Assembly: GCF_009914755.1 (NCBI RefSeq)
Contig: NC_060933.1
DNA from: the human T2T-CHM13v2.0 reference genome, Homo sapiens
DNA: 64,000 bases
Strand: one strand, 5' to 3'
This document shows positions 1-14,596 of the stretch, piece by piece. The notes below the pieces were generated by a model, which had not been told where the DNA came from, ran no database searches, and saw nothing but the letters and a program-made list of their open reading frames with translations. How positions within the stretch are numbered: position 1 is the first letter of the stretch; every line of letters starts with the position of its first letter. Position numbers and translations under genes: made by a program.

Positions 1-132
1 TGTTACATATGTATACATGTGCCATGTTGGTGTGCTTCACCCATTAACTCGTCATTTAGCATTAGATATAACTCCTAATGCTATCCCTCCCCCCTCCCCC
101 TACCCAACAACAGTCCCCGGTGTGTGATGTTC
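1..132 (-). mobile_element. L1PA (young-type, L1PA3-like) 3' UTR fragment
   Basis: tgttacatatgtatacatgtgccatgttggtgtgc...gtcatttagcattag...cctaatgctatccctccccc...gtgtgatgttc is the antisense of the primate L1 3' UTR including its G-rich tract. Confidence 0.85.
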
Positions 133-2247
<2,115 letters not shown>

Positions 2248-2307
2248 AATGCTATTTGGTTATTTTGCACAGTAGTTGATGCAGTTTCTTCATATTGTCA
2301 TCGGTCT

Positions 2308-3323
2308 TCATATTTTGGTGTATTTTTGCAGTGCCTGGTACGAGTTTTTCCTTTCATATTTAGTGCTTCTTTCAGGAGCTGTTGCAGGGCAGGCCTGGTG
2401 GTAATGAAATCCCACAGCATTTGCTTGTCTGGAAAAGATTTTCTTTGTCCTTTGCTTATGAAGCTTAGTTTGGCTAGATATGAAATTCTGGGTTGAAAAT
2501 TCTTTAAGAATGTTGAATATTGGCCCCCAATCTCTTCTGGCTTGTAGAGTTTCTGCTGAGAGGCCCACTGTTATTCTGATGGGCTTCCCTTTGTAGGTGA
2601 CCTGGCCTTTCTCTCTGGCTGCCCTTAACAGTTTTTCCTTCATTCCAACTTGGAAAATCTGATGATTATGTGTCTTGGGGTTGATCTTCTCGTGGAGCAT
2701 CTTAATCATGTTCTCCGTATTTCCTGAATTTGCATGCTAGCATGTCTTGCTAGGTTGGGGAAGTTCTCCTGAATATATATCCTGAGGTGTCTTTTCCAGC
2801 TTCTTTCCATTTTTCCTGTCTCCTTCTGGTACTCCAATCAATTGTAGGTTTGGTCTTTTTATGAAGTACCACATTTCGTGCAGGCTTTGTTAATTCTTTT
2901 TTGTTCTTTTATCTCTATTCTTGTCTGCATGTCTTATTTCAGTAAGGTTGTCATCAAACTCTGATATCCTTTCTTCTGCTTGGTTGATTTGGCTGTTGAT
3001 ACTTGTGTATAATTCACAAAGTTCTTATGCTATGTTTTTCAGCTCCATCAGGTCATTTATCTTCTTCTCTAAACTGGTTACTCTAGTTAGCAATTCCTCT
3101 AACCTCTTCTCAAGATTCTTAGCTTCTTTGCATTGTGTTAGAACATGCTCCTTTAGCTCATCATGGTTTTTTATTACCCATCTTCTGAAGCCTACTCTGT
3201 CAATTCATCCATTTGATCCTCTGTCCAGTTCTAGGCCCTTGATAGACAGATGTGGTGATCATGTTGAGGAGAAGAGGCGCTCTGCTCTTTTGGGTTTTTA
3301 GCATTTTTTCATTGATTATTTCT
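2308..3323 (-). pseudogene. Disrupted L1 ORF1
   Basis: Starts MRNNQ* near 3323; C-terminal YQALQKYTKI* ends 2308; RAAREKGQVTYKGKPIR motif; frameshifted. Confidence 0.8.
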
Positions 3324-4078
3324 CATCTTCATGAGTTTGTCTAGTTTTAGTCTTTGAGGCTGCTGACCCTTGGATGGGGTTTTTGTGGGGGCCTTTGTTG
3401 TTGTTGTTGTTGTTGTGGATGATGCTGTTGTTGCTTTCTGCTTGTTTGTTTTTCTTTCAATAGTCAGGTCCTTCTTCCGTAGAGCTGCTGCAGTTTGCTG
3501 GGAGTTCACTTCAGGCCCCATTCATCTGATTCACTCCTGTGCCTGGAGATGTCACTCAAGGAGTCTGGAGAGCAGCAAAGATGGATGCCTGTTCCTACCT
3601 CTGGGACCTCTGACCTTGAGAGGCACCAACCTGATGCCAGTAGGTTCGCTCCTGCATAGGGTATCTGACAACCCCTGTTGGAGGGCCTCATCCAGTTGGA
3701 TGGCATGGAGAGAAGGGCTCATTTAATGAAGCACTTTGTGCCTTGGTGGAGAGGGTGTGTTTTTCTGAGGGGAAACCCACTGTTCTGGGCTGCCCGGATT
3801 CATCAGAACTACCAGAAGGAGAGGCTAAGTCTGCTGGTCCACAGAGAATGTGGCCACCACACTCCCCAGGGGTTCAGGTCCAGGGAGATCTGAATTCTGT
3901 CCCAGAGCCTCTGGCTGGAGTTATTGGAGATCCTACAGGGAAGCCCCACCCACTGAGGAAGGATGGGTCAGGGTTACACCTGAACAGGCACTGTGGCCGC
4001 CTACTGCCATTGCCGGTGTGTTGGGCTGTGGGGACAAGTCTTGGGACCAAGCTGTGTAGCCTCCCTGGCTCCACAGAA

Positions 4079-4221
4079 ATTTTTGTGTATTTTTGGATTT
4101 TTAGTAGAGACAGGGTTTTTCCATTTCGGCCAGGCTGGTCTGGAACTCCTGGCCTCATGTGATCCACCTGCCTCAGCCTCCCAAAGGCTGAGATTACAGG
4201 CATGAGCCACTGTCCCTGGCT
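4079..4221 (-). mobile_element. Alu left arm (fragment)
   Basis: tttttagtagagacagggttt...ggccaggctggtctggaactcctggcctc...cctcccaaag...gattacaggcatgagccac. Confidence 0.9.
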
Positions 4222-5189
4222 GCCTTGATTTATCTTGATTGATCAACTGATGGATCAATCACTTAGCCAACAGGCATTTTCAGAGTGCCTACTATGAAGT
4301 GTTAGCCACTATGCTGGATGCTACAAAAACAAAGATAAAGGACACTGTACTCTCTCTCAAAGATCTCTAAGTCTAGCTTAGCAGACAGAAAGAGAAACTG
4401 ATTATTTTTGTACAGTGTGGGAAGTGGTCAGTTCAAAGTAATCACAACCAGCTTTAAGAGCTGGAAGAGGGAGTAGATTACTCATTTGGGTTGGGTTGAG
4501 GAAGATAACTGATGTAGAAACTGATTAGGGGCTAGGAAAACTCCTCCAGCATTTGGAGTTCATTTATCATTGGATACCCACAGCAAATCTATGACCTGGG
4601 AAGACTGGCTGTTAAAAAAAACCAAACAAACAACAACAAAAAGAAAATAAAAGCATTTTCCATATAAGGACAGCAATGCTCAATGAGTTATGCTGCAAAA
4701 GCCAAAACTAAAATATATAGGAAGATGTTTTCTGCCTTATCTAAGTGATTTTCTTTTAGACAAAGGAAGCATGATGTTTTGGTATTACTGCCAAATGAAC
4801 ATCCTTACCCTTTCAAGGCCATATTTATTGTCTGACCTTCACTGGGCACTGTCTATGTGGGAGGCACTGTGCTGGGCATTGCAGGATACAGAGAAATAAA
4901 ATAAATGCAGACTGTCCTTGTTGTAAGATGAGAAATCACATGAAAATGATAAATAACATTTGAGAAGGCAAACAAATGGGGGTAGTGACAATAAACCAGC
5001 AGTTCAAACACAGAAGAGCCTATGATGGACAAGGGGAATATTCAAAGCATTCCAGAGCAGTGAGCATATCATGGTGGCTAGAGCTTGAAGGAAAGCTGGA
5101 GATAAATATTACAGCTGGATTTGAGAGAATCTCAGAAGTCCAGCTAAAACTGAAGGACTGAGGTCTACACATACACATCTTGGGGTTCA

Positions 5190-5405
5190 AGACTTACCAC
5201 GTGCCAAGTCATGGGGTAGGTATTTTACACATCTTTTATTTTTATATCTAATCCTCCCATTAACCCTTCAAGGAGGAAACTGAAGCCAAGAGTGTTACAT
5301 TCCCAGTTTCCCAAGATCACACTATAAGTAAATGGGACAAGATTTGAACCCAGGTCCAGATGACTTCAAAATCTATACTCTCATCTACATTATCACTCTA
5401 CTTTC
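5190..5405 (-). mobile_element. MIR
   Basis: gaggaaactgaagcc...cccaagatcacac...gatttgaacccaggtc core in antisense. Confidence 0.7.
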
Positions 5406-5739
5406 TCCCTGAGTTTCTAGGATTGAAAAAAAAACCTACTTTTTAAAAAGCCCCCCGACTTTTTCTGTTTGTCCACTGAGCATCAAGGAAAGATGGGCCT
5501 CAGAGGAGAATCTCAGGAGTAGAAAAGAAGAATGCAGAATCCAGAGCTCCAGGGAAGGGGCCAAACTAAAAAATAAGGCTTTCTTTAGGCTCTCAAAAGT
5601 AGCGGTCGGTGTCTGAACCGGGATCTCCAGCCCAAAGCTTTCACCCGTTATCATCATCAGCCTCACAAGGAATGAAGAGATAAAGAAGAACTGTGCCTTT
5701 GTTGCATTTGTCTAAAGGAAAATAGCTAAATTCCATCTG

Positions 5740-5900
5740 TAAACAAGCTCAACGATAGACAGTAAAGGCAAATGTAAACACATCCTGTGCTTATGTCCAA
5801 ATAATCAATTGTCCCCAAACAAAACAAAGGAAATGGGTCTTTGCAACAACATATGTGAAAAGGAGCAAGAGGTATTAGTCATCAAAAAGTCCAATGTGAG
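5740..5900 (+). mobile_element. L3/CR1 fragment (5' part, split by L1)
   Basis: ggcaaatgtaaa...cctgtgcttatgtccaaataatcaa...atgtgaaaagg...aagtccaatgtgag resembles L3 RT 3' region and continues at 13455. Confidence 0.6.
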
Positions 5901-6729
5901 GGGAGTGATGTCAGCAAGATGCATGATAAGAGACACCTGGCATTTATATTCCAACAAGAAAGGACCAAAGCAATGAATAAACAGCTAGGATTTGACCTGA
6001 GTGTCGTCGAAGGCAGAGCACCGAAATGCAGCAGAAGAGTGGAGAAGCATCTGTGGTGACAGGAAGTCCATGAGGGCAATGTAGAGGCACCCAGCCTCTG
6101 AAGCACCATCCCCCTGGCCTGGATTAGATTTGCCTAGAGTCAGGAGAAACTTCTCACTGTGGGGAAAAGATAAGCAGAAGATCTCTATCCGACCCCATTG
6201 CTACCACAAACACCTACAGTCCCTACTACAGGAGAATTCCACAGTCCTCACAAGCCCTGAGCCCAGTTTAAAGAGCCACCAAGAATTTATACAGCTGCAC
6301 TGTCCTGGATTAGAAGCACAGCATGTGTACTTCTCACTTCCACCCACCATGTGAGCCAAGTTGCTGCAGCACGGTACACACCTCATGAGTGTGCCCTGCT
6401 TTGGGGGCCAATAGCCATGGCACCTCTCCAGCAATGGGGCTCCATCTTCATTACCCCAAGCCCACACGGGTGGCTGAATGTCACAAGCCCAGCTTTACAG
6501 AGCTTGGGCCTAAAACTGGCTGTGACTCTTGTCCTACAGAGCAGAGAAACCAACCCCCACTACCCTACTTCCAGCCAGAGAAACAGTATAACGGTCCCAC
6601 CCACAGCTATCCTGCCTTGAGCCAGCCAAACCACTGCTCACCCACCCTCAAGTGGGAGAAGCCTCTGAGCCTCCAAGCAGCTGATATAACTCCAGGGCAG
6701 CAGAATGGCTGCATGCCTATGCACAGGAC

Positions 6730-7670
6730 CTGAGAACTGGCTCCAGAGTGCCCCCACCCACTACAGATATATCCCTGGCCTGCCTAATAGTTCTACGCCC
6801 CCTAAAAGAGCATGAGAAACTGTCCCACAGGACACCCCTGGTGGGCATACCACCAGAACAGCCAAGCAGCCAACAGCCCATGTCCTGAACCTGAACAGCC
6901 CCATCAGCCACTCCTTGTGGACATTCCCTAGGCTGGCCAGGCAGCTGCGCACCTACATACCAGGCATGAAACAGCCCTGCAGGCTGCTCCTGGTGGGCAC
7001 ACACCTGAGCCAGCCAAGCAGCCTTGTACTTATATTCCAGACCTGAGAAACAGCCCCTTGGGCAGATATGCCCACAGGTTGGATGAGCAGCTATATGGCC
7101 ATGTCCCAGGTCCAAAAGAGTCCTGTGGGCCACCACCCACAGAAACGCCCCAAACCAGCCAAGCAACTGTGCAGTTATATCGTGGGCCTGACAAACAGCC
7201 CTGTACCCACCCATGGTAGCCATGCCCACCCAGGCTGTTCAGGCCACTGCATGCCCATGTCTCAAGCTGGAGAAATGGCCCTGTGGGTTGTCCCCCTCAG
7301 ACACATTTTCAGGCCAGCCAAGCAGCCATACACCCACATAGCAGGCCTAAGAAACTGTTTCAAAGGCAGCTCCTGGCAGATACACACCTAGACCAACTGA
7401 GCAAACTTATGCCCATGTCCCAGGCCTAAGAAACATCCCTATGAGCTGCCCCTGGTAGAAATATCCCCAGGCCAGCTGAAAAGCTATACTCCCACATTCT
7501 GAGCCTGAGAAACATCCCTTTGAGCAGCTCCTGGCAGGCACGCCCCCAGGCCAGCTGAGATACCACGTGCCCTTGCTCCTGGCCAGAGGAACAGCCCCAT
7601 GGCCCTAATATCAGGGAATCAGACCCCAAGCTGCATGAACATCCCCCTGTTCTGAGAAATAGCCCAGTGA
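6730..7670 (+). repeat. Degenerate ~77-bp tandem array in L1M 5' UTR (~12 units)
   Basis: cctgagaaacagccc / ggccagccaagcagcc motifs recur at ~6816, 6893, 6968, 7045, 7112, 7190, 7270, 7349, 7428, 7506, 7586, 7653. Confidence 0.75.
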
Positions 7671-10600
7671 GCCCAATCCTGGCAAAGCTGCACCACCATC
7701 ACCACAAACTCTCTCAGCCTAGGTCACTGAGTATCTTACAAATGTCACTAATGTAAAATTGTAGCCAATTTAACTACATAGAAACTCTAGTATTGCATCT
7801 AACTAAAATCCAGGACAGCACAACACACCAAACTAACACCTCAAGACCAAGTTATACAAATAAGTCTTTCCTTATGAAACCTACTCAATAAAATCAGAAG
7901 TAATAATTTTTCTACCACATGCTAAGAAATCAACATAGGGACACATCAAACATGAAAAATCAAGGAAACATGTCACTGTAAAAGGAAAACAATAATTTGC
8001 TAGCAGCAGACCCTGATCATAATAAAATACATGAACTGCCAAAAAAATTAAATAATAATTTTAAATAAACTCAGTGAGGTATAAGAGAAGAAAGATAGTC
8101 AATTTAACTATATCAAGAAAATGATTCATGATTTACATGATACATTCAACAAAGAGATAGATACCATAAAAAAGAACCAAACAGGAACAAAGAGCTAAAG
8201 AATTCAATGAAGAAAGTAAACATATGAATCAAGAGCTTCAACAATAGACTAGGGCAAGCAGAAAAAAAAATCTAAACTTGAAGACAGATATTTTGAAATA
8301 ACACAAGGAGTCAAAAAGAAAAGAAAAGAAAGAATAAATAATACAAAAAAAAGAAAGCCTCAAGTAAGTGAAAAATATTCATATTAGGGGTGTTTCAGAA
8401 GAACAAGTGAAAAGGTGATGAAAATATATTTAATGAAATAATAGCAAAAAAATATTCCAACGTCTTGGGAGAGAGATGGACATCAAGGTCCAGGAAACCA
8501 GATAGGTTAAACCCAAACAGATCTTCTTCAAGGCATCTTACAGTCAAGTTGTTGAAAGTCAATGACAAAAAAAATAAATAAACAAAATCAGCAAGAGAAA
8601 AAAGTCAGGTCACATAAAAGGGAATTTTCATTAAAGTAACAGTGGATTTCTCAGCCAGGAGAGAATGAGATGACATATTCCAAGCCCTGCAAGGAAATAA
8701 CTGTCAGTCAGGAATACTGTACCTAGCAAAGTTATCCTTCAGAAATGAAGAAGAAATAAAATCTGTTACAGGCATATGGAAACTAATGGAATTCATCAGC
8801 ACTAGGCTGGCTTTACAAGAAATGCTCAGTGAAGTCTTACAACTGGAAGTGAAAAGATAACAACTATGATCATGAAAATATGCAAAACTATACAACTCAC
8901 TGGTAGAGCCAATATATTTTTTGAAAGAGAAAGGAATCAAACCTTATCACTACAGAAAACCACCCAACTGCAAAAATAATAAGAGAGAAAGTAAGAAACA
9001 AAGAATACACAAAACAACCAGAAAACACTCAGTGAAACACTGATTAGTTCCCACCTATCAACAATAACAATTATTATAAATGAAATAAATTCCCCATTAA
9101 GAATATATAAACAGGACAAAAGGATGAAAAAATAAGACAAAACTATATACTGCCTATTAGGAAATTCACTTTTCCTGTAAAGACAAACATAGAATGAAAG
9201 TGAAGGAATGGAAAAATATACTAAATGCAAATGTAAGCCAAAAGTGAGAACAAGTAGCTGGAATTATATCAGACTAAACAGGCTTCAATTCAATGCTGTA
9301 AAAATAGACAATGAAGGATATTATGTGATAATAAAGAGATCAATACAGCAAGAGAATATAACAATTGTAAATATATTTACACTAAACACCAGAACATCCT
9401 GATACATAAAGTAAATATTACTAGATCTAAAGGGAGAGACAGACTCCAGTAAAATAATAATTGGGGACCTCAACATTTTATTCTCAGTATTGGACAGATC
9501 ATCTAGACAGAAAGTCAACAAAGAAAGATCATATTTAAACTTCACTATAGACCAAATGGATGTGATAGACAATTACATAATATTTCACCCAGCAGCTGCA
9601 AAGGGCAAGATTCTTTTCATCAGCACATGGGACATTCTCCAGGATTAGCCATACGTTAGAGCACAAAACAAATCTCAGAAAATTTTAAAACACTGAAATT
9701 GTATCAAATATCTTATCTGACCACAGTGGAATAAAACTAGATATCAATGACAACAGGAATATTCATAACTATACAAATACAAGGAGATTAAATAAGATGC
9801 TCCTGAATGACCAATGAGTGAAGGAAGAAATTAAGAATAAAATTTGAAAATTCCTTGAAACAAATGAAAACAGAAACACAGCATACCAAAATCCATGGAA
9901 CACAGCAAAAGCAGTATTAAGAGGCAAATTTATAGTAATAAATGCTTATATCAAAGAACTAGAAAGATTTCAAATCAATAACCTATTAATGCACCTCAAG
10001 GATATAGGAAAGCAAGAAGAAATCAAACCCCAAATTAGTAGAATGAAAGAAATAGATCAGAGCAAAAATAAGCAAAAAGACTAAAAGGAACAAAAGATCA
10101 ATAAAACACAAAGTTGTTTTTTAAAAGATAAACAAAATTGATGAACTAATAGCTAGACAAACTAAGATAAAAGGAGAGAACACTCACATAAATAAAATCG
10201 GAAATGAAAAGGGAGACATCACAATGGATATCACAGAAATACAAAATGATACAAATAAATACAAAGTCAAAGGCTATTATGAACAGCTATAGGTCAATAA
10301 ATTTGAAAACAGAGAAAATGGATAAATTTCTGGACACACAGAACTCAACAAAATTGAACCACAAAGAAATGGAAAACCTTAACAGACCAAAACAAGTAAT
10401 GAGACTGAGTCAATAATAAAAAGCCTTCCAACAAAGAAAAGTACAGGACCAGATGGCTTCACCACTCAATTCTGCTGAATGTATAAAGAAGAATTAATAA
10501 CAATTCTCCCAAAACTATTTCAAAACATTGAAGCAGAGGGAATTCTTTCTAATTCATTCTACAAGACATGCATCACCCTGATACTAAAACCAAACAAGGA

Positions 10601-11148
10601 CACACACACAAAAAGAAAACTACAGGTCAATATCCCTGATGAAAATATATGCAAAAATCCTCAAAGTACTAAAAAACTGAATCCAACATGTCAAAAAGAT
10701 AATACACCATGATCAAGTGGTATTTATCCCAGGTATGCAAGGATAATATATGCAAATCAATAAACATATTTCACATCAATAGAATGAAGGACAATCAATA
10801 GAATGATGGAAAAAAAACCATATGATCATCTCAAAGCAAAAAAAAAAAAAAGCTTTTGAAATTTTAAATATCTCCTCGTGATAAAAACTCTTAATAAATT
10901 AGTCACAGAAAGAAAATACCTCAACATAATAAAGGCCATATATGACAAATCCACAGCTAACATCTTACCAAACAAGACAAAAATGTCCACTCTAATCATT
11001 CTTGTCAAACACAATACTAGATTTCCTAGCCAGAGCAATTAGGCAACAGAAAGAAATGACAAACATCCAAATTGGAAAGGAGGAAGTCAAATTCTCTTAT
11101 CTTATTCCCAGAAAAACCTAAAGAGTCTACCTAAACGTCTTAGAAATG

Positions 11149-11537
11149 TGATATGGTTTGGCTCTGTGTCTTCACCCAAATCTCATGTTCAATTATAATC
11201 CCCAAGGTTGGGGGAGAGAACTGGTGGTGGGAGGTGACTGGGTCATGGGGGTAGATTTCCCTTTTGCTGTTATTGGGATAGTGAGTGAGTTCTCACGAGA
11301 TCTGTTTGTTTAAAAGTGTTTAGCACTTCTCCCATTGCTCTCTCTCTCTCCTGCTGTGCCATGTGAAGAAGGTGCTTGCTTCCCTGTCGCTCTTTTGCCA
11401 TTACTGTAAGTTTCCTGAGGCCTCCCCAACCGTGCCTCCTGTATAGCTGTGAAATTGTGAGTCAATTAAACCTCTTTTCTTTATAAATTACCCAGTCTCA
11501 GGTAGTTCTTTATAGCAGTGTGAGAACAGACTAATAA
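11149..11537 (+). mobile_element. MSTA-like MaLR solo LTR inserted in L1 ORF2
   Basis: tgatatggtttggctctgtgtc...aattaaacctcttttctttataaattacccagtctcagg...gtgagaacagactaata; L1 sequence resumes on both sides (cttagaaatg | aactgataaa). Confidence 0.9.
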
Positions 11538-13454
11538 CTAACTGATAAAAAAATTCGGAAAAGTTCTAGGATGCAAAATCAACATATAAAAATTAGAAGC
11601 ACTTCTATACATAAACAAACTAGCTGAAAAAGAAACCAAGAAGGAAATCCCATCTACAACAGCTATAAAACAATACAATAAAATACATAGAAATCAATGT
11701 AACCAAAGAGGTAAAAGATCTCTACAAGAAAAATATAAAACATTGATGAAAGAAATTGAAGAGGATACAAAAAAATGAAAAGACCTCCCATGCTCCCATA
11801 CAGATAGATGCAATCTTGAGAAAAAAATAACAAAATTGGAAGTATCACACTTTCAGACCTCAAAATATACTACAAAGCTGTAGTAACCAAAGTTACTGCA
11901 AAGTAAATGCAGTATGGTACTGGCATAAAAACAGACACATACATAGATGAATGTAACAGAATAGAGAACCCAGAAATTTATTTACAGTCTACTGACTTTT
12001 TACAAAGGTGCCAAGAACGCTTAGTAGGGAAATGGCAGTCTCTCCAGTAAATCATGCTGAGAAAACTGAATATGCATATGCAGAAGAATGAAATTAGACC
12101 CCCACTTTTACCCAATAAAAAAATAATTTACAATGAATCAAAGACCTAAATGTAAGACCCGAAATGATAAACATATTAGAAGAAAACAGGGGAAACACTT
12201 CAAGACATTGGTCTGAAAAAAGATTTTGTAAGTAAGACCTTAAAAGCACAGGCAAAGAAAAAAAAAGCAAAAGTAGACAAGATTATATGTCAAACTAAAA
12301 AGCTCCTGCACAGCAAAGGAAACAACAGAATGAAAACACAACCTACAGAATGGGAGAAAATATTCATAAAATATTTATCCAATAGGGAATTAATATCCAG
12401 AATATACAAGAGACTCAAACATTCCAACAGCAAAAACAAAAAACAAAAAAACCCTCCAATCTAATAAAAAAGTGGACAAATTGTTCTGAATAGAAATTTC
12501 TCAAAAGACATACAAGTGACCAACAAATATACGAAAACATGCTCCTTATTAGTAATTATCAGGTAAATGCAAATCAAAAACTGCAATGAGGTATAATCTC
12601 ATCTCAGTTAGAATGGCTATTATAAAAAAGTCAAAAATAACAAATGCTGGTGAGAATGCGGAGAAAAGAAAACTCATACACTGTCATGCGAATGTAAACT
12701 AGTACAGTCACTATATAGAACAGTTTGGAAGGTCCTCTAAAAACTACAAAAAGAACTACCATATATCTAGCAATCCCATGACTTGGTATTTATCCAAATT
12801 AAAGGAAATCAGCTTATTGAAGATACATCTGCACCTGCATGCTTACTGCAGGATTATCCACAATAGTCAAGATATGGAATCAACCTAGGTGTCCAACAAC
12901 AGATGACTAGATAAAGAAAAGGTGGTATGTATACACAATGGAATACATTCAGCCATAAATAAGAATGAAATCCTTTCATTTATGGCGACCTTGATGGAAC
13001 TGAAGAACATTATATTAAGCAAAATAAGACAGGAATGGAAAGTTAAATGTCACATATTCTTATTCACATGTGGAAGCTGAAAATAATTGACCTCATAGAA
13101 GTAAAAGAATGCTCGAGGCTGCTAGTAGGATACAGAGGATATTAGAAGCTGGGAAAGGTAGGAGGGAGACAGGAATAGGGAGAAATTTATTAAAGGAAAT
13201 AAAATTACAGCTAGATAGGTGTAATAATTTCTAGTGTCCTATACCACTTAAAGATTACTTATTAATGTAATACATAGTTTCAAATAACTAGGAGCTTATT
13301 GAACATTCCCAATGCAAAGAAATGATCAATGTTTAAGATGATTGATATACTAATTACCCTGATCTGATCACCATATATCATATGGATCAAAATATCACTA
13401 TGTACTCCATAAATATGTACGAACATTATTTGTCAATATAAAAAAACATAAAAG

Positions 13455-14008
13455 AAGTCTAATATGAGCCAGCAATAACTGTAACAAACAAATGGGATCT
13501 CAAGCTGCATCAATAGAAGTATAACAGTTGGCAAGAAGGAGACAAAAATCCCATTTTTCTCAGCCCTGTATCATTCCTGCCTTGAGGAAGAAGAGTGTCA
13601 GTTTGGGTGTTATGGCCCAGGATGTGAAAAATTAGAATTTCTGTCTAGACGGCAGTGACCAGGAAGGTGAAATGTCTGAAAAATGCTTTATATGAGACTA
13701 TTTAGAGAAACTGGGGTGTTTAGGTTGTTTAAAATGTACAGTCTCTTTTATTTGTGTTGTCAAATTTCCCAAGAGCTGCTGCCTTGGAAAAAGAATATCA
13801 GATCACTTTCCTTTTGGACATGGGGGACCGTGAACACAGATTTCAAGTTGGTATAAGAAGAAACCCTCTAATAGTCAGTAATTGTGTGGAAATGAGATGG
13901 CCTCTTTTCCGAGTAGTGAGAAAGCTGTCAAAGGAGGTAATCAAGAGACACTGGAAAGATGTTGGACTGCATAGCCTCTGAGGCTCCTCACAACTCCAAT
14001 TCTGGGAG
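13455..14008 (+). mobile_element. L3/CR1 3' fragment
   Basis: atatgagccagca...gctgcatcaatagaagtata...agatttcaagttgg...gagtagtgag...tctgaggctcctcacaactccaattctg resembles the L3 3' end. Confidence 0.65.
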
Positions 14009-14211
14009 TACTGACACTCTTTTATTCTCTCATCACTACTGAAGAATCAGAGAAGACAAACTTGATAACCCAACAGAAATCTAAAGCCATAAATCCAAAG
14101 TGGCTTATCCCAGAAAACACTGCCTGTAGTCCCCAACTGCCCAGCTTCTGCACCTCTTCCCATCTTTTCAAAATGCCCCCTGGAAAATGGGCTGTGACAT
14201 GGAGGACTCAC

Positions 14212-14596
14212 CTTTCTTCTCAAAGTCCACCTTCTCTTCCCCTGGATGTCCCAGACTGTCCAGAGTGTGGGTCACCTGGCTGCCAAACTCGTCCTCGCGG
14301 GAGACATGGTTGGCCCGCCTAGGTGGCTCCTCATCCTCCTCACAGTCATAGTCATCCAGGATGGGAGTCTCCCGGATGGGCACGCCAATGACGGAATTGT
14401 GGGTTTGCAGCCGGGATGAACGGAAGCTCTCCCGCGCCTGGGGACCCAGCAGCACAGATGGGATGTAGTGGATCTCATGAGTGGCTTCTGTGCTTGCGCT
14501 CTTCTGGGGGATGCGGCGACGCTTCTGCCAACGTCGCTGGGCGTACAGCGCCACGGTGAACACCAGCAGCAGCAGCAGCAGCGCGATGAGGCCACC
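14212..14596 (-). CDS. ASTN2: Astrotactin-2 internal coding exon (385 bp; phase 0 start, phase 1 end; probably exon 3): first TM helix plus cytosolic loop
   Basis: Minus-strand acceptor ...ccttccttcctgctccAG|GGT GGC at 14597/14596 and donor AAG AAA G|GTGAGT at 14212/14211. Open frame GGLIALLLLLLVFTVALYAQRRWQKRRRIPQKSASTEATHEIHYIPSVLLGPQARESFRSSRLQTHNSVIGVPIRETPILDDYDCEEDEEPPRRANHVSREDEFGSQVTHTLDSLGHPGEEKVDFEKK matches my recollection of ASTN2. CpG-rich relative to flanks. Confidence 0.95.
14564..14581 (-). repeat. ASTN2: (CTG)6 coding repeat encoding Leu6 in the TM helix
   Basis: cagcagcagcagcagcag on + strand, inside exon. Confidence 0.9.

Larger units (their letters stand above)
5901..13454 (+). 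mobile_element. Full-length L1MA4-like LINE-1 (L1M2-type 5' UTR), antisense to ASTN2
   Basis: 5' UTR 5901-~7950, degenerate ORF1 from ~7952 (atgaaaaatcaaggaaacatg), ORF2 remnants ~9040-12900, and L1MA-type 3' end (ctaattaccctgatctgatcacc...cataaatatgtac...ttgtcaat plus A tail). Flanking TSD aagtccaatgtgag (5887-5900) / aagtctaatatgag (13455-13468). Confidence 0.88.

Noticed and set aside
4236-4261. 9-bp stem tgattgatc/gatcaatca
   Set aside because: Short and AT-rich; expected by chance in 64 kb.
6717-7229. 170-aa minus-strand ORF
   Set aside because: Arises from the GC-rich L1 5' UTR tandem array.
6730-7670. Regularly spaced motifs resembling a CRISPR array
   Set aside because: Whole units are homologous and degenerate (no unique spacers, no identical repeats), they lie in an L1 5' UTR in primate DNA, and no cas genes are present.
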